Of a stretch of DNA of 28,448 nucleotides, positions 16,896-25,053 are shown piece after piece. Position numbers and translations under genes: made by a program. Every line of letters begins with the position of its first letter. The first letter of the stretch is position 1. This DNA comes from Candidatus Levyibacteriota bacterium (GTDB taxonomy: Bacteria > Patescibacteriota > Microgenomatia > Levybacterales > GWA1-39-11), in contig JACQKO010000001.1 of the NCBI GenBank assembly GCA_016204525.1, positions 1 to 28,448 on the forward strand, read 5' to 3'. The notes under the pieces were generated by a model, which was given only the letters and a program-made list of their open reading frames with translations, did not search any database and had not been told where the DNA came from.

Positions 16896-18705
16896 AGGAG
16901 ACTGGCCATTTTATTGGCAAGAACATTTATCAAGCTTTACTCTCCCTGAGATTTGGAGTTCTGTTTGGCCAACAGGGTTGGGTGGGAATCAAGCAATAAT
17001 TCTGCCTCTGAAGTTATATCTTGAAGGGGTAGTAGCGCTTTTTGTAAACAATCTCGGTATTCCTTGGGAAATTGTCCAGATAATCTTCTTCTTTGGTTTA
17101 TTCTTTGTCCTCTCAATCTACGCAAGTTTTCGACTCACTAAGTCATATTTCGGCTCATTAATTTATACTACAAACACATGGATTCTCTTGGTCTTTTTTG
17201 GTGGTCAAATGGGAATAGCATTAGCCTACGCAATAGCACCTCTGGTTCTTAAGATATTTATTAACCTTATCGAAAATACCGTAGTCAATAAAAATTTCCA
17301 ATTTCAAATTTCCAATTTCAAATTTCCAATGATGGCGGGTTTGATCTTTGCGATTGAGGTCATGTTTGATATGCGAATTGCCCTTCTTACTGGACTAGTT
17401 GTTTTAGGCTATGTGGTTTTTCATCATGTTTTTATTCAACGGATTAATTTCAAACTATTCATAATTCATTATTCATTAGTCATTATTCTAGTAGTACTGC
17501 TTCATGCATTCTGGATTCTACCTAGTGTTTTTATTGCGTTGCGAGGAGGAAATGTTGCAAATATCGTTGATACAACTTACGCAAGTTTAGAATTTTTTAG
17601 TTTCGCAAAATTTGAGAATTCACTATCTTTGCTTCACCCAAACTGGCCGGAGAATATTTTCGGTAAAGTTGCGTTTATGAAACCAGAATTCCTGATAATC
17701 CCAATCTTAGCCTTCTCAAGTTTACTATTTTTCAGAAATTCGAAGCAATCAATAATTGAGCAATCAAGCAATCTGCCTGTCGGAAGGCAAGATCGAGCAA
17801 TTTTGTTTTTCGCGCTTATGGGATTGGCGAGTGCATTTTTAGCAAAAGGAACGCAAGAACCATTTGGATTCGTATTTAATTTTCTATACTCTAATATTCC
17901 AGGATTCAATCTCTTCCGAGATCCTGTCAAATTCTATATGTTAGTTGCGTTGGCATACTCGATACTTATTCCCTATTCGATTCGAAGCTTAGGCGGCTTT
18001 AAAAAGATAGCATTCGTAGCTTTTGTTTTCTTTTGGGCATATTTAAATTGGCCTTTCATAGTGAGGTCAAATTCCGGCATATTTAAACAACGGCAGGTTC
18101 CTCAAGAGTACGTTCGACTCAAGGAATTTTTGGTATCAAGGCCGGAATTTTTCAGAACGCTTTGGATTCCGAGCGTTCAGAGATTTGCATTTATGTCAGA
18201 TAATCATCCGACTCTTGCTTTCCAAGAAATTTTTAAATCTAAAAAACTTGACGAAACAGTTCTCCGAGATATGGCAGTTAAATATATTATAGTTCCTTAT
18301 GATTCGGAAGGCGAGATTTTTTTGAATGATCGAAAATATGATGATAAGTTGTATCAAAAAACCATCGCAGAACTTAATAAAATAACCTGGCTCAAAAAAA
18401 TAGAGAGACATGGAAAAATTGCGGTCTACGAACTTTCTAACCCAAAACCACATAGATTTGTATTGGGTAATAAATTAATTTTCTCGGAAAGCTTTGATAA
18501 GTTTTGGTACGCAGAATTCGGAGAGGAAAAAGTGTATTCAAAACCCCATGGAATGTTAAATAGCTTTGAGATTCCACAGAATCAACGAAAAAGCCTCACT
18601 CTTTCATACGAACCTCAAAAATGGGCGAATGTCGGATCTATAGTAAGTGGACTTACACTCCTTATCGTTATTGGAATTATTTATACTTCTTCAAGAAGGA
18701 AGTGA
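16882..18705 (+). CDS. Shorter GT-C-like membrane protein; paralogue C
   Basis: GDW acidic motif, HAFWILP, PGFNLFRDP, SESFDKFW and YEPQKW...G match A/B. The central soluble insert is absent. The start (GTG) is uncertain. Confidence 0.65.
   Translation: MFWIKGDWPFYWQEHLSSFTLPEIWSSVWPTGLGGNQAIILPLKLYLEGVVALFVNNLGIPWEIVQIIFFFGLFFVLSIYASFRLTKSYFGSLIYTTNTWILLVFFGGQMGIALAYAIAPLVLKIFINLIENTVVNKNFQFQISNFKFPMMAGLIFAIEVMFDMRIALLTGLVVLGYVVFHHVFIQRINFKLFIIHYSLVIILVVLLHAFWILPSVFIALRGGNVANIVDTTYASLEFFSFAKFENSLSLLHPNWPENIFGKVAFMKPEFLIIPILAFSSLLFFRNSKQSIIEQSSNLPVGRQDRAILFFALMGLASAFLAKGTQEPFGFVFNFLYSNIPGFNLFRDPVKFYMLVALAYSILIPYSIRSLGGFKKIAFVAFVFFWAYLNWPFIVRSNSGIFKQRQVPQEYVRLKEFLVSRPEFFRTLWIPSVQRFAFMSDNHPTLAFQEIFKSKKLDETVLRDMAVKYIIVPYDSEGEIFLNDRKYDDKLYQKTIAELNKITWLKKIERHGKIAVYELSNPKPHRFVLGNKLIFSESFDKFWYAEFGEEKVYSKPHGMLNSFEIPQNQRKSLTLSYEPQKWANVGSIVSGLTLLIVIGIIYTSSRRK
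17293..17330 (+). repeat. Intragenic heptamer tandem repeat AATTTC(C/A) x5
   Basis: aatttcc aatttca aatttcc aatttca aatttcc aat, encoding NFQFQISNFKFP. Confidence 0.85.
17458..17485 (+). repeat. Intragenic heptamer repeat TTCAT(T/A)A x4 (degenerate)
   Basis: ttcataa ttcatta ttcatta gtcatta. Confidence 0.7.
17744..17801 (+). repeat. AGCAAT repeat tract containing a 21-nt palindromic insertion (encodes LPVGRQD)
   Basis: AGCAAT at 17744, 17759, 17767 and 17796. TGCCT-GTCGGA-AGGCA hairpin flanked by ATC on both sides. Confidence 0.7.
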
Positions 18706-19894
18706 AGGTTTGTTCAAGTTTTGCAAGGTGTTCGTTTCCCATGCCATGATGGCAACCCACAATAAAGCCTCTTTCGAATATTTCATTTGTCACCGGGCAT
18801 TTATTTGCAGCCATTCTATATTGAATATCTCTAAATCCGGGATGCTTTAGGATATTGCCTGTAAATACAGGGCGCGTTTGGATATTGTTTCTTTCAAGAT
18901 AAGTAACGATATCAAGTCTTGAAAATGGAGCATTCTTCTTTATCGTGAGAGGGAAAGCAAGCCATTGAGTTTCTACATCTTCTCCCTGTTTTGGTAAGAT
19001 GAAAAGATCGGCGTAGTTAGCGAAGAATCGAAGGAGATGTGAAAAATTATGTACGCGTGTTTTTCTGAATTTTGGAAGCTTATCAAGTTGGGCGTTAGCA
19101 AACGCAGCGGTTATTTCTGGCGCTAAGAAATTATATCCAATTTCAGAAAAAACAAATTTTGCGTCATACGGAATTTTACCCAGTTTAACCTTAAAGCGCT
19201 TTGCAATATCTTCTGATTCTTGAAATACGGAAGAATTTCGACCCCAGCCGCGAAGAACTTTAGCACGCTTGTGCCATGCTGGATTGTCTACCAAGATCAT
19301 CCCTCCGTTGCCTGCGGCTGTAATAATATGAGATCCAAAAAAGCTTGTTGTTGTAATATCCGTATATGTTCCTGTTGGTTTATACTTGAATTTTGCACCA
19401 TAAGTATCACAGGAGTCTTCAATAAAAAATAGCTTATATTTTTTTGCAAGCTTTTGGAGTCTTATCATGTCGGGTACATTTCCAAGAAGTAGTGGAATCA
19501 TAAGCGCACGCGTTTTTTTTGTAATCATTGATTCAATTTGATCTATATTAATAACATAAGTCCCGGGCTCCACGTCAACAAATACCGGGGTTAATCCCTT
19601 TTTAAGAATTGGAGATACGGTTGTAGAAAATGTTAAAAGAGGAGTAATTACTTCTGACCCTTCCGGCAGGTTTAAAAGTTCGAATGCCAGAAGATTTGCT
19701 GAAGATCCTGAATTAACCATAGTCGCAAATTTTTTACCAAAATACTTAGTTGATCTTTCTTCAAACTTATAGGTTTCCTTTCCCGTATTTGTTCTGTGTT
19801 CATTTAAAACTGCTAGAACTCTTTTGGTTTCGTGTTGGTCATGGACAGCAAGAGCATAGGGTACGCGGAGATTATCAGTCAAATTTTTATTCAT
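18677..19894 (-). CDS. DegT/DnrJ/EryC1/StrS-fold PLP enzyme with His in place of the Schiff-base Lys (ColD/RfbH-like sugar C3-dehydratase)
   Basis: NSGSSANLLA, EDSCD, SFFGSHIITAAGNGG (His where aminotransferases have Lys), TRPVFTGNI. No CxC Fe-S motif after RGWGR. Confidence 0.8.
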   Translation of the reverse strand: MNKNLTDNLRVPYALAVHDQHETKRVLAVLNEHRTNTGKETYKFEERSTKYFGKKFATMVNSGSSANLLAFELLNLPEGSEVITPLLTFSTTVSPILKKGLTPVFVDVEPGTYVINIDQIESMITKKTRALMIPLLLGNVPDMIRLQKLAKKYKLFFIEDSCDTYGAKFKYKPTGTYTDITTTSFFGSHIITAAGNGGMILVDNPAWHKRAKVLRGWGRNSSVFQESEDIAKRFKVKLGKIPYDAKFVFSEIGYNFLAPEITAAFANAQLDKLPKFRKTRVHNFSHLLRFFANYADLFILPKQGEDVETQWLAFPLTIKKNAPFSRLDIVTYLERNNIQTRPVFTGNILKHPGFRDIQYRMAANKCPVTNEIFERGFIVGCHHGMGNEHLAKLEQTFTSFLKKYK

Positions 19895-19909
19895 TGGTAT
19901 AGGTTTAAG

Positions 19910-19939
19910 ATTATATCAATTGACTTATCCTATTAGCAA
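19910..19939 (-). promoter_or_regulatory. Putative sigma70 promoter for the minus-strand dehydratase
   Basis: Reverse strand TTGCTA-18 nt-TATAAT with an extended TG; 15 nt from the -10 to the ATG. Confidence 0.5.
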
Positions 19940-19950
19940 TAATTAATCTC

Positions 19951-19959
19951 TGGTATACT
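19951..19959 (+). promoter_or_regulatory. Extended -10 promoter (TGgTATACT), near-leaderless
   Basis: 8 nt upstream of ATG 19968; no SD visible. Confidence 0.5.
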
Positions 19960-19967
19960 ATTGTGCA

Positions 19968-20696
19968 ATGAATTATAAAAGCATTTCTGTGTTTTTGCCG
20001 GTGTTTAATGAAGGAGAGAACATAGGAAAAGCTGTTTTGTCAATTAAAAAATATCTTGCAAAAAGGTTTAAAGATTTCGAAATTTTGGTGATAAGCGATG
20101 GAAGTACGGATAATACTAATGAAATTGTTCAAAAACTAGAAAAAAAAGATAGGCGAATTAAACTGTTCACCCGTAATAAAAGATTAGGCTATGGTGCAGG
20201 GTTAAGGGCGGGATTCGAAAAATCCACCAAGGATCTCATTTTCTACACAGACGCAGATAATCAGTTCGATATAAATGATATGGACAAGCTATTTCCATTG
20301 CTTGGTAAATACGATATTGTGAGCGCTTATAGAATCAAACGAAAAGATCCGCTAATGCGCATTTTTATTGCGAACGTTTACAATTTACTGGTACGACTAT
20401 TTTTCGGTTTAAAAATAAAAGACGTTGATGCCTCTTTTAAGCTTTATAAGAAGGAAACATTCGACGAGATGAAACTTATAACAAATACGGGACTAACTGA
20501 TGCCGAGGTTTTGATAAAAGCCCAAAAACAGGGATTTAAAATCGGTCAAATAGGCGTTCGCCATTATCCAAGGCTGCATGGACAAACGCCTTTCGAAATA
20601 GGTTCGAGAAATATTTTTTTTGCGCTTGTCAAACCGAAAGTAATTGTTGATATACTCCACGAAATGAAGATTTTATGGAAAGATCTTAAAAAATGA
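19968..20696 (+). CDS. GT2 glycosyltransferase (DPM1/ArnC-like)
   Basis: LPVFNE, SDGSTD, GYGAGLRAG, TDADNQF DxD motif, DVDASFKLY. Confidence 0.9.
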   Translation: MNYKSISVFLPVFNEGENIGKAVLSIKKYLAKRFKDFEILVISDGSTDNTNEIVQKLEKKDRRIKLFTRNKRLGYGAGLRAGFEKSTKDLIFYTDADNQFDINDMDKLFPLLGKYDIVSAYRIKRKDPLMRIFIANVYNLLVRLFFGLKIKDVDASFKLYKKETFDEMKLITNTGLTDAEVLIKAQKQGFKIGQIGVRHYPRLHGQTPFEIGSRNIFFALVKPKVIVDILHEMKILWKDLKK

Positions 20697-21274
20697 AGGG
20701 ATTTATAGAGCAAATTTATAGAAATACTAGTAGTTACAAAGGAGTTGTGTTTTTGGATAGGGACGGGACCATAAATGATGAAGAACTCGAAGTGCTCCCA
20801 ACTGTTGTTCATGGGATTCGATTATTGAATAAGAAAAAAATTGCGGTTGTTGTTATTACAAATCAACCAGTGGTAGCACGTGGTTTAATTACCATTGACG
20901 AATTAAAAAAAATTAACAATACATTAGTTGGAGATCTTAAGAAAAGAGGCGCATATATTGATGCCGTCTATTCGTGTCCCCACCACCCGGAAAAACATCA
21001 TCCAGATATTCCTAAGCACGCGATAAATTTTCGAATAAAATGTCATTGCAGAAAGCCGGGTGTTGCGATGCACAAAAAAGCAATGTCTGTGTTTGGTTCA
21101 AAAAAAATAATTGGTGTCATAGGAGACCATACAAGAGACATTGCTGCTGGAAAGAAACTCTCAGCGCCAACAGTTGTTGTTCTAACAGGCGATAGAGGTG
21201 AAGATGGGCTATACGATATTACTCCGGATTTTATCTCCGATAATTTCCTCGATGCAGTCCAAAAGCTTTTTTGA
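20693..21274 (+). CDS. gmhB: D-glycero-D-manno-heptose 1,7-bisphosphate phosphatase-like HAD-IIIA hydrolase
   Basis: FLDRDGTIN, ITNQP, CPHHP...CHCRKPG zinc motif, IGD; heptose-pathway context. Confidence 0.75.
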   Translation: MKGFIEQIYRNTSSYKGVVFLDRDGTINDEELEVLPTVVHGIRLLNKKKIAVVVITNQPVVARGLITIDELKKINNTLVGDLKKRGAYIDAVYSCPHHPEKHHPDIPKHAINFRIKCHCRKPGVAMHKKAMSVFGSKKIIGVIGDHTRDIAAGKKLSAPTVVVLTGDRGEDGLYDITPDFISDNFLDAVQKLF

Positions 21275-21280
21275 TATACT
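21272..21280 (+). promoter_or_regulatory. Possible extended -10 (TGaTATACT) upstream of the dehydratase
   Basis: Sequence match only; overlaps the gmhB stop codon; no clear -35. Confidence 0.3.
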
Positions 21281-21300
21281 CAGCAGCGCAAACTAATACA

Positions 21301-21370
21301 AATAGTTAAAATAGTTACAATAGTTAAAATAGTTACAAAACTATTAAACTATTTAGCTATTCTAGCTATT
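21301..21370. repeat. Symmetric array: 4 x AATAGTT followed by 4 inverted copies
   Basis: AATAGTT at 21301, 21310, 21319, 21328; AACTATT at 21339, 21347; AGCTATT at 21355, 21364. Confidence 0.85.
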
Positions 21371-21377
21371 AAGAAAT

Positions 21378-22355
21378 ATGAAACGTGTATTAATTACTGG
21401 AATTACGGGGTTTGTTGGGAGTCACCTTGCTGATTATTTACTTGCGGACACCAAATATAAAATATTCGGGCTGAAACGCGTTAATTCCTCTCTTCGAAAC
21501 ATAAGTCATATACTCGGTAAAATTATTTTAATAAATGGAGATCTTATTGATCAAACAAGCTTAGTTCGTGTTCTCAAAATTTCAAAACCCGACTATATTT
21601 ATCATCTCGGTGCGCTTTCATGGGTAACTCCATCTTGGGATATGCCGGCAGCATATATGCAAGTTAATGCAATTGGAACTATTAATTTATTCGAAGCCCT
21701 TCGAATAACTGGATTGAAGCCTCGAATATTAATTTCGTGCACCCCTGAAGAATATGGAGACGTTCCTAAAAACTTAATACCGATAACTGAAGAAACAAGA
21801 CTTGAACCGGTTAATCTGTACGCCGCAAGTAAAGTTGCGCAAGACGCGATCTGTCAAGCGTATCAAGCTTCATACGGATTCGAAATAATTAGAACTCGAG
21901 CATTTAATCATGAAGGACCAAGAAGAGATATTCTTGGAGCGCTTGCCTCTTTTGCTTATCAAATTGCTCAGATCGAACGCGGTTTACAAGAGGCTATTAT
22001 AAAAGTTGGAAATCTTGAAGCAAAAAGGAACTTTACAGATGTGTGTGATATGGTTCGTGCCTATCATCTTGCAATGGAGAAAGGTATCCCAGGCGAGCTC
22101 TATCTAATTGGTTCGGATCAAATTTATACAATTGGACAATGCCTGAAAATGCTAATCTCTCTTTCAACCTCAAAGAAAAAAATAAGGTACAAAGTTGTCA
22201 AGGAGCGCGTAAGACCAACGGAATTACATCTTTTGATCGGGAAATTTGATAAGTTTAAAAAACGTACCAGGTGGAAGCCCAAAATTCCCTTTCGCGAAAC
22301 AATGAAATCCATTCTTGATTATTGGCGGGAATTTATCGATAACAATCGATATTAA
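21378..22355 (+). CDS. gmd: GDP-mannose / GDP-heptose 4,6-dehydratase
   Basis: GITGFVGSHL, PDYIYHLGA, CTPEEYG, NLYAASK, RAFNHEGPRR, GNLEAKRNFTD. In this context it could be the heptose-specific (DmhA/WcbK-type) form. Confidence 0.75.
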   Translation: MKRVLITGITGFVGSHLADYLLADTKYKIFGLKRVNSSLRNISHILGKIILINGDLIDQTSLVRVLKISKPDYIYHLGALSWVTPSWDMPAAYMQVNAIGTINLFEALRITGLKPRILISCTPEEYGDVPKNLIPITEETRLEPVNLYAASKVAQDAICQAYQASYGFEIIRTRAFNHEGPRRDILGALASFAYQIAQIERGLQEAIIKVGNLEAKRNFTDVCDMVRAYHLAMEKGIPGELYLIGSDQIYTIGQCLKMLISLSTSKKKIRYKVVKERVRPTELHLLIGKFDKFKKRTRWKPKIPFRETMKSILDYWREFIDNNRY

Positions 22356-22371
22356 ACAATCAATCGTTATT

Positions 22372-22455
22372 AAGGTTCAACCTTGGTTATGCATAGATAA
22401 GGTTGAACCTTGAAAGAACTTGAAAGAACCTTGAAGGACATTGAAAGACATGAAG
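22372..22455. repeat. 13-bp inverted repeat pair plus a decamer tandem repeat
   Basis: AAGGTTCAACCTT (22372-84) and AAGGTTGAACCTT (22399-411), then TTGAAAGAAC-like units x4. Confidence 0.85.
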
Positions 22456-23358
22456 GTATTAATAACAGGAATAAAAGGCTTTATTGGACAACACTTGTCT
22501 CGCAAGTTAATTGAACGTGGACATAAAGTTAAGGGGCTCGAAAATAAGAACGGCGGTGTTCTCAATAAAATTCTAGTCGAGCGTGCGATCCGTGATGCTG
22601 ATGTAGTTGTTCATCTGGCGGCTTTGACTTCACACAAAGAGTTAGTCGATAACAGATTAGAAGCTCTTGAAATAAGTTTTTTGGGAACAAAAAATGCTTT
22701 AGATGCATTTGTAAAATCAAAAACAGCAAAGAAATTTTTATTTGCATCAACAGGAAAAGTTTATGGGAAGATTGTTCGATTGCCAATTGACGAGGATCAT
22801 CCGACAAGTCCACTCAATATACTGGGTAAATCAAAACTAATAGCGGAAAAATTAATCGACTTTTATGCTTCGACTTTGGATTCGACAAGCTCACCACAAG
22901 CGCTCAGCATTGACCAAAAAGAATTTGTAATTTTTCGAGCTTTTCAAGTATACGGCTTGGAACAGAAAAGAAACTTTCTTATTCCCACTATTATTTCTCA
23001 GATAAATTCTGGAAAGAAAGAAATAATACTAGGAGATATAAAAGCGAAACGTGATTATGTATATATAGATGATTTAATCGACGCTTTTATTAAAGTAGTT
23101 GAAAGAAAAACAACAAAGGGATTATCAATTTATAACATTTGCACTGGAGTTGGATCAAGCGCCGGTGATATTGTTCGGTTAATCGGAAAAATAAAGGCGA
23201 AGAAAATAAAAATCAAAGTGGATACAGATCTCTTAAGGGAAGATGAGATGCATGAAGAATATGGATCATATAAAAAAGCAAAAAAAGAATTAGGATGGGA
23301 ACCTAAGATAGTTCTTGAAGAAGGTCTTGAGATGCTTTTTAAAAAAAATGAAAAATGA
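22450..23358 (+). CDS. NAD-dependent epimerase/reductase (SDR)
   Basis: MKVLITGIKGFIG (ATG 22450 preferred over TTG 22441, which lies in the repeat), ASTGKVYG, KRDYVYIDD. The YxxxK position reads LGKSK. Confidence 0.85.
   Translation: MKVLITGIKGFIGQHLSRKLIERGHKVKGLENKNGGVLNKILVERAIRDADVVVHLAALTSHKELVDNRLEALEISFLGTKNALDAFVKSKTAKKFLFASTGKVYGKIVRLPIDEDHPTSPLNILGKSKLIAEKLIDFYASTLDSTSSPQALSIDQKEFVIFRAFQVYGLEQKRNFLIPTIISQINSGKKEIILGDIKAKRDYVYIDDLIDAFIKVVERKTTKGLSIYNICTGVGSSAGDIVRLIGKIKAKKIKIKVDTDLLREDEMHEEYGSYKKAKKELGWEPKIVLEEGLEMLFKKNEK
22868..22915 (+). repeat. In-frame GC-richer insertion in the SDR (ASTLDSTSSPQALSID), with nested TTCGAC...GCTCA(C/G) units
   Basis: cttcgactttg-gattcgacaagctcaccacaag-cgctcagcattg: two TTCGAC and two GCTCA motifs. 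Confidence 0.55.
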
Positions 23359-24073
23359 AAATCTACAGGCAATAATTTTGGCAGGAGGAAAGGGTACAAG
23401 AATAAAACGGATAAACTCCGCCCTTCCTAAGGTATTGTTTCCACTTGCAAAAAAACCTCTGTTGGATTACCTGATTGACCATTTAAAAAAAAATGGATTC
23501 AATGACATAATTATTTGCACAGGATACTTAGCGGATAAAGTGAAGGATTATGTTTCCAAAACAGATTATGGAATTAAAATTCGAACTTCTAGAGAAGATA
23601 CGCCATTAGGTGCGGCAGGAGCACTGCATTTAATTAAAGATTTATTGAATGATGAATTTTTCGTATTATATGGAGATATTTATACAACTATAAATCTTGA
23701 AAAAATGCTTAAGTTTCACAAGAGCAAGAAGGCGGACGTGACAATAGCCCTGCACATATCAGATCATCCACGTGATAGTACAATAGTTAAAATTGACAAA
23801 AGCAAAAAAATTGTAAATTTTATAGAAAAACCTGGGGACGATTGGAAACAATATGGCAATCTGACAGCAACGTCCTTATACATAATGAAAAAAAGTGTGT
23901 TAAAATTCATTGCTAAAAATAAAACAATAGATTTTGCAAAAGATGTATTTCCTAAAATGTTAAAAAATAGAGGAAAACTATTTGGATATATTACTTCTGA
24001 ATATGCAAAAGATATTGGTACTCCTGAAAGGTACAAAAAAGTCGAGCAATACATTACGTTGAACAAAAGATGA
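23348..24073 (+). CDS. hddC: Sugar-1-phosphate guanylyltransferase (heptose-1-P guanylyltransferase-like)
   Basis: ILAGGKGTR, PKVL, EDTPLGAAGAL, YGD, EKP, DIGTPERY. ATG 23348 preferred. Confidence 0.7.
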   Translation: MKNENLQAIILAGGKGTRIKRINSALPKVLFPLAKKPLLDYLIDHLKKNGFNDIIICTGYLADKVKDYVSKTDYGIKIRTSREDTPLGAAGALHLIKDLLNDEFFVLYGDIYTTINLEKMLKFHKSKKADVTIALHISDHPRDSTIVKIDKSKKIVNFIEKPGDDWKQYGNLTATSLYIMKKSVLKFIAKNKTIDFAKDVFPKMLKNRGKLFGYITSEYAKDIGTPERYKKVEQYITLNKR

Positions 24074-25053
24074 TAATTTCAAGGACTCCCCTCCGCATTA
24101 GTTTTGTCGGCGGAGGATCAGATATTCCTGCCTACTACACCCAAAGTCCTGGTGCTGTGGTGTCAACAGCAATAAATAAATATATCTACATAACGGTTAA
24201 TAAGAAATTTGGTAAAAAAATTCGCGCTTCTTACTCAAAAACGGAAAATGTCGATTCAGCGGACCAGATAGAACACCCACTTATTCGCGAATGTTTAAAG
24301 ATTGTAGGAATAGAGCGCGGGATAGAAGTAACCTCAATGTCAGATATTCCAGGAGAAGGTACGGGTCTTGGGTCTTCAAGTTCGTATACCGTGGGGCTTT
24401 TGAACGCCCTATATGCTTATATGGGAAAATACGCATCAGCTGAGAAGCTCGCACGCGAGGCATGCAAAGTAGAAATTGAAATTCTAAAAGACCCAATAGG
24501 AAAGCAAGATCAGTATATTGGAGCATATGGGGGGTTGGAGTTTATTCAATTTCTATCAGACGGAAATGTTGACGTGAGTCCGATAATCTGTTCACCCGAT
24601 ACTAAAAAGAATCTCGAAGAAAATTGCATGTTGTTTTATACCGGTTTGACTCGTTCTAGCGCCAAAATTTTATCAAAACAGAGCAAAAATATGAAAAGCG
24701 ATGTTGATAAGCGCGTAATTATGATTCAGATGGTATCCCTGGCGTATGAGGCGCAAAGACTTCTCAATAATAATTCTATACGAGGTTTTGGGCAATTGCT
24801 TCATGAGAACTGGTTATTAAAAAGAAAAATGACAGAGGGGGTTTCCTCTAACCAAATAGATAAATGGTACGAAACGGCGCTAAAAAATGGTGCTGAAGGA
24901 GGTAAAATACTTGGTGCTGGAGGCGGAGGATTTTTATTGCTCTATGCTAAAAAGAAATATCATGATAGAATTCTCAATAGTTTGAAAGACTTGGAGCTCC
25001 ATGATTTTAAATTTGAACCTCAAGGTAGTAAAATTATTTTTGTCAGTGAATAA
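24070..25053 (+). CDS. hddA: D-glycero-alpha-D-manno-heptose-7-phosphate kinase (GHMP family)
   Basis: TPLRISFVGGGSD, GTGLGSSSS, GKQDQY, GGKILGAGGGGF. Confidence 0.85.
   Translation: MIISRTPLRISFVGGGSDIPAYYTQSPGAVVSTAINKYIYITVNKKFGKKIRASYSKTENVDSADQIEHPLIRECLKIVGIERGIEVTSMSDIPGEGTGLGSSSSYTVGLLNALYAYMGKYASAEKLAREACKVEIEILKDPIGKQDQYIGAYGGLEFIQFLSDGNVDVSPIICSPDTKKNLEENCMLFYTGLTRSSAKILSKQSKNMKSDVDKRVIMIQMVSLAYEAQRLLNNNSIRGFGQLLHENWLLKRKMTEGVSSNQIDKWYETALKNGAEGGKILGAGGGGFLLLYAKKKYHDRILNSLKDLELHDFKFEPQGSKIIFVSE

Noticed and set aside
18677-18705. 29-nt convergent 3' overlap as antisense regulation
   Set aside because: Short tail-to-tail overlaps are common in compact genomes, and there is no further support.
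18677-19894. Annotation as an ordinary DegT aminotransferase (perosamine synthase type)
   Set aside because: The catalytic Lys position is His.
21301-22455. Intergenic repeats as a CRISPR array
   Set aside because: Units are 7-13 bp without unique spacers, and there are no cas genes.
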